DNA from: Macrostomum lignano
Lineage: Eukaryota
NCBI GenBank assembly: GCA_002269645.1
Contig: NIVC01000493.1
Coordinates: 310,001 to 374,000 of the forward strand
DNA: 64,000 nucleotides
Reading direction: 5' to 3'
Shown: positions 11,463 through 21,700 of the stretch, one piece after another
How positions within the stretch are numbered: the first letter of the stretch is position 1
Layout: every line of letters starts with the position of its first letter
Notes under the pieces: generated by a model
What the model saw: only the letters and a program-made list of their open reading frames with translations
Told to the model about the DNA's origin: nothing
Database searches by the model: none
Translations under genes and position numbers: made by a program

Positions 11463-13777
11463 AGCTAAATAAGCGGCCCATGACGGGTTTTTTACATCAT
11501 TTTTCACATTCATTACAATTTTACGTTCACTATAGTTACCGTCTAAAGAACAATTCAATCAATTTTTTATGACCGGAGGTCAAGAAATTTTTTTAAGAGA
11601 GCATTGTACTGAGTACTTTTATACTAAAGTTGTACCTACCACATATATGTAAATAAATGGCTAGGAATACAATTTTGCGAAATTTTGGTAATAGTAAGAT
11701 AAAATTAATTCATTTGCTCAATAATTTTAAATTAAATTCTTCACTGCAAGACAAATTCTAGTTGGCCCGATATGTTGAGTAGATAACTTTATAAGGCGTA
11801 AAATGCAATTGAGGACTTGTTTCTGTTTTTGGAAATTCTCCATGAGGTGAAATCAAATGACGCAGCAACTGTCATTTACGCGATAGTTTATTAAAGTAAA
11901 AGCTTTTTTTAAATATTTGCTTGCATCAGCTTGCGTGGGGTTGTTTCGCGTCGAATTGCTCTGGAGAGATACGAGACTTCACAAACCTGAATGGCTGAAA
12001 TATGGTTGTACATGTATGGAACCTAACATAATCAGTGAGCTAGACTTCAGAGTTGCAAGAGGAATAATTATTTTATGCGCTGAATTAGGTAATCATTGTT
12101 GAGCTAATAATTCATTTCTTTATTCAAGGTTAAAGCTAACTAATTTTTACTTCATGGTGCTTCAAAAAGTTTTACATGCAATTTGCTTAGCAACTTTTGG
12201 AAATGAAAACGAAGATTGAGGAATGGGAAGTGCCAAAATTTTGCTTCGGCTTCGTGAAGTATCCCGAGAGTCTTTCCAGTGCACCTCGGGGTTGTGAAAC
12301 GGCTGGTTAAGAATTTAGACAATGTGAAGTTTCGGGATCTGCTCATGTCCCAATGCGAATAATGTAAATATCTGAGTCTACCATAAATAGCGCGTCTTGA
12401 TATGGAAATCGCTGTCATACATTTATGAACTCATCAATGTGTGGCCCGGGACATGTCTATGGTCTAAGCTTGGGGGGGGGTCGAAAAAACCATTTAAAGA
12501 TCTTAAGCTTGCGAGTCTGTGTGACTTATCAGCCATGCTTGTGAGTTGTGACGTGAGTCTATAAAGCTCTGATGTTGACTGTATGGTGTGCAAACTATAC
12601 ACTGTACACGGTGTGTACATGTTATAATCCCTGCGATCCCGATCGGGATTTTTGCGACCCCTGGTTTCTGAGCAACACCTGCCGCTGTGCTGCATCTGGA
12701 GACGTGCCTGCCGTACAAGAACCAACTGAACTGTAGATGGTGAAATTTGCGTCACAAGGCCCAGCTTAGGCTGGTAAAAAACTGCAGAGAGTGGAGAGTT
12801 ATCGATCTGCCACTTGTATGCTGACCACTGGTTTCGGGGTGGGCTGATTTTAGTTTCTTTCTTGCAATTACTGCATGTCTCCTGCTTTTTATAAGAAAAT
12901 GGAAGATTAATATGTCGATGCCGCGTGACTTGTGCCATAGACTATTTTATCACAAAGCATCGATATATTAGTGTCATTGTAATCTCAATAGTATATTTCA
13001 TAGACATGCGGCTTCGCTTCTTACACGCTGCACTGAATCGCCGTCACCCATAGAGAACTCTCCTTTCACACTGACTTTAAGACTATAAGAAAGGAAAGGA
13101 GTAATCTAAGATTGAGATAGCAAATAGAACTTTAGAATGGAGCCCGCTCTAATTAAAGGACCGTGGATATCGCGGTACCTTCGATTTGGCAGTCGACGAG
13201 ATGCCGAGATGCGGCAAATGTCACAGAGTCTGTCGCTGTGTCGCTGCATTCCGATGGCAAGAATCTGGTATCAGCCCGCAAGAAAGATCCCACATGTATG
13301 CCAATAGCTGCCAGGCAAGAAGGCGCGGTTGTTTCAACTATCGAGTCAGTGACAATTGGTCAGTCAATCAATACATTTACCGTCTGCCACTGTTACACGG
13401 ATTCGTCTACGATTGGCAATCGACTTAATGGTGTTCAATTTCCACTGACAACTCTACGACTGAGTGTTTCGTGGTTCGAGACGACATGGATGATGGAATC
13501 ACTGATTTACATTGTGAGTTTACTTTCTATGAACGGTGTTGAATTTGCTCTGTGTAAATATAATCAGTTTACTTGCATCCTGAAAAAATAAATATACGTC
13601 GTACTTTGGTCAGCGCGTAATCGATGCAGTTGTCTATGGTCCAGACACTACGTTTCTTACACGCGGACCTGCGTTTTGTTCACGCTGCTCGACCGCGCTT
13701 TGTTTAATGTGTTCAAACCAAGAAAACTGCGTTTCTTACACAGTACACAAGTCATTTAACACACGCACTACGAGCGT

Positions 13778-14292
13778 ACACCTTTTTGCGCTCTATTTCG
13801 ATAAAACTGCATTAAATTTCGGCAAACTGACTTTCATTTTCGGCATCAGCTACGGCCGCACATCCAAACTACATTCGAATTCGACAAACCGAGAAACAAT
13901 TTCGGCAAACTGCATTCAATTTCGGTAACTCGAGTTTCCATTTAGACAAACTGATATTCAAATTCGGCAAACTGCATTCAATTTCGGCAGCCAGCAGCGC
14001 CTCAGACACAGACTGTCTATGGAAATAAGCGCATCTAAACCCAAAACTTATTTTCAATTTCGGCAAACTGCACTCAATTTCGACAGCGCCAATCTAAGAA
14101 GGGAATAAAGACAGAATTAGAGAGGGATTTCTTAGATTCTGAACAAGTACTGCATTTGGAGTACAGTTAAAGTGTAATTGAACACGCAAAAACCTGTGCA
14201 CTCATCAGCAAGCAAGTTTGGATGTACGAGTACGGCCGTAGCTGATGCCGAAGTTGAATGCAGTTTTATCGAACTAGAACGCAAAAAGGTGT
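13778..14292. mobile_element. MITE with ~90-bp imperfect TIRs and internal degenerate ~21-bp repeats (AATTTCGGCAAACTGCATTC)
   Basis: ACACCTTTTTGCG...TTCGGCATCAGCTACGGCCG..ACATCCAAACT at 13778-13870 pairs with 14215-14292; no clear TSD. Confidence 0.7.
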
Positions 14293-16076
14293 CAAGACTC
14301 AAGACTCAGATACATTGATATATTCCTGCACGGTCACGAGTGCACGATGTCCTTCACGCACGAGTGAACGTGAAGGAATTCCATTGTCGGATGATTCATC
14401 GTGCAGGAATGCACAAAACCGTGCAGGAATGCATTTCTGCGCCTAATGCTTTTTCAGTGAGATTTTACCATAGACATCCATTCCTGCACGCAAAAGAGTG
14501 CAAGAATGCCATTCTTGCATGGAAAATCAGCCGACAATGTCTCACTTCACGGTAATAAACCCCTGCTTAATGGCTGGTCATTAACTGAGTCTTGTTTCGA
14601 CCACAGACAATTCAATCAATGCAGATACTACGCACATTCGTGACCAAAGAATACTGAGCTATTCTTTGCTCGTGACCTTTGACCATTAACTTAAATTTTC
14701 GCTTCATATTAACCTTCCATTAATCATAAACTAACTAGAGTCTATACTCAGCAACATTGAAAAGTCGCCACCCTTTGCCCCAGTGAGCAGTGTCTTTCGA
14801 CCAGCATCTATCACCTGGCCAACCATTTTGATATTAAAAAATCTTGAAAAAAACAATGAAAACCGGGCGGAGGTTTCAATCCATCCAATCTTCGTCCTCC
14901 GCTCTTCCCAATCCCTCCTCACCCAGCCCAACTCTGCGTCGCGTGGCGCAAGTTGCGTCACTCAAAAGTCAATAATACTGAGCTAGAATTTACTGCGCAC
15001 TCTCAAAGGTTGCGACTTTTCAATGTTGTTGAGTATATACTGCCGAGCATGGGCAATCCATTGGCCATTAGACGCAGAGAAGCAGGAGTGAGTGAACGTG
15101 GTCTTTCGGCAGCAGGGCTACCAACTGGAATTGCCTAGTTTTAGAAGATAAAATAAAATCTAGCCACTTTTATCTATGGCAAAAAGCTTCTTTGTTTTAT
15201 ACTTGATGCATTTCATTGATATTCTCGCAATCCCTACTATAAGTAATAAAAATCATACCACTAACTATAATGTACTCGAAGGTACAAAAAAGTACTAAAT
15301 TCTCGAACTCTCTTACTTTCAGCCATGGACAATAATACAATAGCTTAAAAGAATGAAATACAGGCTAGTCGGGCCCGTCTGTAGGATATATATTAGAGAC
15401 TAAACCGGCTCAGAATATTTAGCACTACAAGTCCCAAATCTTACTCTCTTAGCAGACGCATTGTGTCCCATTGCAATCCTTTCGATCAACTCTCACGGAT
15501 CAATTAACTGCATAGCATAATAGCTCATTCAACAGTTGAAGGATTTTTCATCAGTAAGTATAGGTGAGTCATCATGTCTGAGTCGTCAGTGCATGCACTT
15601 GTAACCTTGGTGTACTTTTATCTTACTAAGTTGTATTTGTTGTCCAAAACAGAAGCTGTTTTGCTAATTGGAAGGTGATAAACAGCTAGTAAGTCTTCCA
15701 TGGCGGCCTTATTGTACAATGAATGTACCAGCGCTAGGCCAATTAGCGATAAGAAATGACCTAATTAAGCTAGTGTACACAGAGTCAATAGAGCTATTCA
15801 ATTTATAGAACTCGCAGTCTAGTCGACTGATAATTATCGATCCGCCCCGATTCAGTTCAGACCTGTGCAGACTGGAATTACCTGCAAGCCAAGCCGATTC
15901 AATTAATTATAAAACACACCTCTGGCCTAGACAGGCCAATCAGAACTGTCCAATTTATTATTGCGAAATAGAGGCGCAACTAAGCTACGAATTAGGCTTA
16001 AGCGCAGTGCACAACAGTCTGAACTTGGTGAGTTAGTCTCTCTGCCACACCCCCGACTGGAAGCCAAGCCGCTGTC

Positions 16077-16083
16077 TATATAA
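16077..16083 (+). promoter_or_regulatory. TATA box of the small HSP gene
   Basis: TATATAA about 115 bp upstream of the ATG at 16198, with an initiator-like CTTCAAT about 35 bp downstream. Confidence 0.55.
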
Positions 16084-16197
16084 CCAGGCCAGACTCGCTG
16101 GCTGTCTCTTCACTGCCACTTCAATAACATTTTGACGCTTCCTGTCTGCAGATTGTCCTGTTTTCTCCTTTCTCTTCTCAGAGCTAACTTGATTAAG

Positions 16198-17025
16198 ATG
16201 TCCGCCCTCTATCCGAGCAACGTGTTCAAGTCGTTCGAGTATCCGAACCGGATGCAGAGCATCTTCGAGGACTTCAACGACCTGTTCAGCGATGCCCTGT
16301 TCCACCCGTTCTACGAGCTGGAGCGCAACCTGCAGCCCAAGCGTCACCGGGCCGCCCATCACCGCTACTTCAGCACCGCCGTCAAGCTGAGCGACTTCCG
16401 CGCTGACGAGGTGGCCGTCAAGGTAGAGGATCGCAAGGTGCGCATTCACGCCAAGCGCCAGGAAGGCGAAGACATGTCCGAGGTGCGCAAGACCGTCGCC
16501 CTTCCGGAGGATGTGGACGCTGACAAAGTGGAGACTCTCATGACCAAGGAGGGCTTCCTCGTCGTGCGGGCGCCCTACATCCGCGCTGAGAAGAGCGGCA
16601 GCGGCGACGCCAGCAACGCCCTGGCCCAGCTGGGTGCTAACAGCTGGGACGAGATGCGTAGCCTGCTGCGCGGTCCGGGCATCACCTCCGTGCACGAGCA
16701 GCTGGTGAAGGACGAGAAGACCGGCGAGACTCGCTTCCAGGTCACCGTGCCGGTTCGCGACTTCCACCCGGAGGAGGTTACAGTGCGCCAGGTCGGCGAC
16801 CGAGTTGTCGTCCGCGCCGAGCATCGCGACGAGCGTGAAGGCCAGCTGGTGCACCGCAGCATGCACCGAGAGTTCACCCTGCCGCAGGGCGTCGACCGGG
16901 AGCGTCTGGTCAGCCGGCTGACCGATTGCGGCACCCTGCAGATCGAGGCGCCGGCGCCGAATCTGGCGCTGCCGGAGCCGCGCGACATTCCGGTGGAGAA
17001 CAAGATGGAAGTGACCGAGAAGTGA
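16198..17025 (+). CDS. Small heat-shock protein with two alpha-crystallin domains (p40/major egg antigen/Tsp36 type), intronless, 275 aa
   Basis: ACD1 FSTAVKLSDFRADEVAVKVEDRKVRIHAK...LPEDVD...EGFLVVRAP; ACD2 FQVTVPVRDFHPEEVTVR...REFTLPQGVD..LVSRLTDCGTLQIEAP; C-terminal IPV motif; GC-rich codon usage; AATAAA near 17262. Confidence 0.95.
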   Translation: MSALYPSNVFKSFEYPNRMQSIFEDFNDLFSDALFHPFYELERNLQPKRHRAAHHRYFSTAVKLSDFRADEVAVKVEDRKVRIHAKRQEGEDMSEVRKTVALPEDVDADKVETLMTKEGFLVVRAPYIRAEKSGSGDASNALAQLGANSWDEMRSLLRGPGITSVHEQLVKDEKTGETRFQVTVPVRDFHPEEVTVRQVGDRVVVRAEHRDEREGQLVHRSMHREFTLPQGVDRERLVSRLTDCGTLQIEAPAPNLALPEPRDIPVENKMEVTEK

Positions 17026-17494
17026 ACGGAGAATCAGCGGCGAGACGCAGTCGGGACACTTGCAGTTGTTGGCAAACTAGAATTCCCAATACGGACTTAA
17101 GCGCAGGCTGGGCTGGGCCAATTCCCATTTCTTCCCCAATACTTGCCATTTTTCATAAGTCAATATTCCTCTTGGAAAATACTCCGCACTCTCTAAAATA
17201 ACATTTTTTAATTCCTCATTGGCAAGCAGAGTAGTTGTTGTTGTGACGTTCTGATTCGCAAAATAAATAGACCAAGTATATATCAGCACATAGGTTGTTC
17301 ATGTAGCCTTATTTCGAAAACCAGCGTCTTTATTTAATTTTATTTACACTTAAAAGCGGTTGAAAGCGGTTGCAATATTTCCACGCTCGTTGATTGGCTT
17401 GCGCAGTTAAATATGTGGCTGGCAAATGATTCGAATTAGCTTTTCAACTACAGACTGAGATTCCTACTCGGCAACAGTCAAAAGTTCCACCCTA

Positions 17495-18688
17495 CACGCG
17501 AGATAAATTTCTCTCGTACTTATTGCGAGTGACGCAACTTACGGCACGCTGGAAGACTGTATCTGCTTAATGGTACCATTACGCCGACACACCGAGCTGA
17601 TGCTGTTAGTCAGCTGCGCACTCTGCACTAGCCTTCCCGGTCCCCAATCCCATCGAGCATGTCTGGGATTTCCTAAAACGCAGCATTGTACCATGACCTT
17701 TGTGCCCGCGCGCTCGCGGCTACGCGGCTTCAGCTTACGCAATTGCTGCCGTGAAAGAATCTGTCTATGTCGACGGCGCCCTCTGATTTCTCATTAACGC
17801 CCTTAAAGCATGGGTATTAATGTACTATTCGAAAAGAGAATCCACCACAGAATGTTGCGGAGCTGCGTCATGCCATTGAAAACGCTTGGCAGCAGCTTCC
17901 CCAGGACTTTCTGTGCCGCCTCATCCTGGGGATGCCCCGCAGAGTAGCCGCATGCACTTCTGCGTGCGAGGGGATCTCACACGCGTTGTTAAGCATCGCG
18001 ATTCTAACTGCATATTGCATAATAAATAAACTGTTGATTTTGTGCGACCGACGTTTATTATTGATTCAATCAACTTTCCCTTCCAAGTTGCGTAACCGGG
18101 GGTGTTTCTCGAAACTCACGTAAGTTCTATGGTAAGTTAGATCGCAAGAAAGAAATTTACGTGTAGCGTAAGTTTGCTCGTAAGACTTTCTCAAAACTCA
18201 CTTAGACTTTGCGTGGCTTACGCTGTTCGTAAGTCGTATCTGAAACGAAAAGTTGCATGTCTATGGTCATAAATCTGCAAATATCTTTACTTAGTCTATC
18301 GTAAGTTGCTTTCGAGAAAGACCCACCTTCGATAAAGTTTAACATGACTTGGCTTGACTAAAGCTTCACGTACTATGCGATTAGTGCTTAAGTGCGTCTT
18401 ACGACTGATACCGAGCAGTCGTAGGGTTAAGATCAACCTTACGAAAGACCATAGACATACGAACGTTTCGAGAAACAGTCTTTTGCGCAAAGTTACGAAC
18501 TCGTAAAGTTGCGATCAATCTTACGCATAGCTAACTTGCGAGCCCTTCGAGCAACCCGTAAGTGTAGCTTACCCAACTTACGTCTATGGTCGATCGTAAG
18601 TTGCTTTCGAGAAAGACCCCCCCCCCGGAGGGTTTAATTGTGAGTGAGAAGTTGCCGCAATAAGTGAGAAAATTTTCATCTCGCTTGG
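17495..18688 (+). mobile_element. Internally deleted Tc1-like transposon carrying nested insertions
   Basis: TA followed by CACGCGAGAT...CTTATTGCG pairs imperfectly with 18650-18688. 17837-17990 encodes ENPPQNVAELRHAIENAWQQLPQDFLCRLILGMPRRVAAC, a Tc1 transposase C-terminus. Confidence 0.75.
18096..18628. mobile_element. MITE inserted in the Tc1 relic
   Basis: TIR CCGGGGGT(G/C)TTTCTCGAAA at both ends; many internal CGTAAG/CTTACG subrepeats. Confidence 0.75.
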
Positions 18689-18757
18689 AGGGTGGAATTT
18701 TTTACTGTTGCTGTGGCAATCAAATGAATGATGTCGGAGCAAGAATTAGAATCTTGT

Positions 18758-21700
18758 TCACAGCACGGACTCCTTCTGAACCACCCGTCCCTCTGTCGAG
18801 CTCTCCCTGTCCTCTGTCGTAATACTCTGACGCTCCTGATGCTGATGAGCGGCATTTCTGATGCTGGGGTGCATGTATAGAATCTCTGGCTGCTGCGGGC
18901 CGCGGACCCAGTGGCTGCTTGCCGTTGCTGGGGGAATACTGTCGGCAGACTCTCCCAAGGAGGCCTGTTCTTCACCAGCTGCAGTCGTGAGCGGTGGTGG
19001 TGGCGGCGGCGGTGGCGGCGGCGGCACTGGCAGGTCATCCTGGAAGTGGACCAAGCCCGCGTGACGATGAGATCTCGGGCGACGCTTTCCAGCGGCAGTC
19101 TGGCACGACGATGTCGAAAACGATGCTGATGACGCCGGCTGCTGATCCTGCAGCTGCTGCTGCGAGTGGTGCCGCTTCTGACTGTGAGCAACCTGCTGGC
19201 ACTGGTGCAGGGCAGGCTGAGACTGGCGGGCGCAGTTCGAGTCCCGCCTCTCGGAGACTGCGACTTCGTGCAGCGGCAGAAGTTTTTGCGCAATTTCTCC
19301 CTGATTACTGAAAATAGAGGATGGGAGCAGAGGAAGGAGTCTTATTGCATGTAATGCTAAATCAATTACTCAGAAGTACGAGTAAACATATTGTCATTAG
19401 TGTATTGGATTGATCCATTTCTAGGCCTTATAAAAACAGCCAGAAAAGGTGAAGCAAATTCTGAATAGAACACTACATATGGTTTCCAAGGTTTAGATAC
19501 ATGTATTTTTAGTATTATGGATACTAGCAATCTAGTGCCCCTTCGAAGCGCTGCGTAAGCAAGAGATGAAAATTATTTATGTGAATCTTGCCTTGACATC
19601 TCAGCATTCCCCCCAAGCCTTGACATCTCAGTATTCCCCCCCCCCAAGCCTTGCCATCTCAGCAATCCCCCCAAACCTTGACATCTAAGCAATTCCCCCG
19701 TAAGCCTTGCCATCTCAGCTATTCCCCCCGTAAGCCTTGCCATCTCAGCAATTCCCCCGTAAGCCTTGCCATCTCAGCAATTCCCCCGTAAGCCTTGCCA
19801 TCTCAGCAATTCCCCCCGTAAGCCTTGCCATCTCAGCAATTCCCCCGTAAGCCTTGCCATCTCAGCAATTCCCCCCGTAAGCCTTGCCATCTCAGCAATT
19901 CCCCCCGTAAGCCTTGCCATCTCAGCAATTCCCCCGTAAGCCTTGCCATCTCAGCAATTCCCCCGTAAGCCTTGACATCTCAGCAATTCCCCCCGTAAGC
20001 CTTGCCATCTCAGCTATTCCCCCCGTAAGCCTTGCCATCTCAGCAATTCCCCCATAAGCCGGAAAATGTGAAGCAAATTCTGAATAGAAATCTGCATGTT
20101 TTCCAGGTTCAGGTAATACGTTAGTCATAGACACGTAAGCATAAGAAACAATATTTAATAATTGAAAAGCGAAAAATGAATGATTCGCGCAATGTCTATT
20201 GCAGCAAAATTGAGATAAATTTTACACAAATTTTAATGGCCATGAACCTTAAATTCGGAGGAGACACCAACACCCATAGTGTCAAGATAGAATATTGTTA
20301 ACTCACCAGTTGGTAATTCTCAAATACTCCTGTCCATTGTTGCCGATAGTTGTCGGAGCGGAGTCGGTCACGGCTCTGGTTTCATTTTCTGAAGTCGAAG
20401 TCGCCGTCTGCAAGCGTCCGTTGAGCATGCCTTCCAGTCGTTGCAGTTTGCGTTTGGTGGTGTCCAGTTCGTGACGCAGTTTCCATAGCTGGGTCTCGCA
20501 GATCGGGTTTTGGCACTTGTGATGCTTGATGAGGTCGACTGTCTGGTTCACTGACTGCTCGAATGACAGCAACTGGCCCATGCTCTGTTTGGTTTGGATG
20601 AGTTGGATTGCGCAGCGATTTAGTCGAAGGGAATCGCAAGACTTGGCAAAACAGCCTTAAGGGGGAGTGAGGGGCAGGGAGTGAGGGGCAGGGAGTGAGG
20701 GGCAGGGAGTGAGGGGCAGGGAGTGAGGGGCAGGGAGTGAGGGGCAGGGAGTGAGGGGCAGGGAGTGAGGGGCAGGGAGTGAGGGGCAGGGAGTGAGGGG
20801 CAGGGAGTGAGGGGCAGGGAGTGAGGGGCAGGGAGTGAGGGGCAGGGAGTGAGGGGCAGGGAGTGAGGGGCAGGGAGTGAGGGGCAGGGAGTGAGGGGCA
20901 GGGAGTGAGGGGCAGGGAGTGAGGGGCAGGGAGTGAGGGGCAGGGAGTGAGGGGCAGGGAGTGAGGGGCAGGGAGTGAGGGGCAGGGAGTGAGGGGCAGG
21001 GAGTGAGTGGCAGGGAGTGAGGGGCAGGGAGTGAGGGGCAGGGAGTGAGGGGCAGGGAGTGAGTGGCAGGGAGTGAGGGCAGGGAGTGAGGGGCAGGGAG
21101 TGAGGGGCAGGGAGTGAGGGGCAGGGAGTGAGGGGCAGGGAGTGAGGGGCAGGGAGTGAGGGGCAGGGAGTGAGGGGCAGGGAGTGAGGGGCAGGGAGTG
21201 AGGGGCAGGGAGTGAGTGGCAGGAAGGGGTTGGAAGGGCAGTGAGTGAGTGAAGTGCCTGGAACGGATTTGATGCGACAAGGGGAATTGAAAGTTCTTTA
21301 CGCATGGTTCTTTATTTGTTCTCGTTTATCTAATTGAGTTGCAGTCATTTTTACAGTAAAAGCTACAAAGCAGTCAGCAGCAGTCCAGAAGGATTAGGGC
21401 AGAACCAGCTGTATTATTTTTCTTCCGCTTCGATTCAAACTTCAAAATGTTTTGTTTTGAACAGAGTTGACAAGTGCAGAAAAACAAATTGAGAAGTAAA
21501 TAAGCTTGAATATAAATAAGCTCTGTCAGACAGCCACTCATCATTGAGTTTTATCTCGTATAGGTCAGTCCATGAATCGCTGGGTCTATAAGAAACCTGA
21601 CTCACTCTATAGCAGCCAGAATCTAGCAAAATTTATGAGTAATTCAAGATGCGTGCCTCAAAACAGAATGAAATATAACACGAACCCTAGTGGGCGAGTA

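Noticed and set aside
12152-12938. 171-aa and 88-aa minus-strand ORFs
   Set aside because: No recognisable motif, no coding-like codon bias and no splice-consistent partners.
16132-16197. Upstream non-ATG start extending the sHSP to 297 aa
   Set aside because: The extension spans a polypyrimidine tract and acceptor; ATG 16198 is the sensible start.
16033-17003. Long antisense ORFs (277 aa and 142 aa) over the sHSP
   Set aside because: Shadow ORFs of a GC-biased coding sequence.
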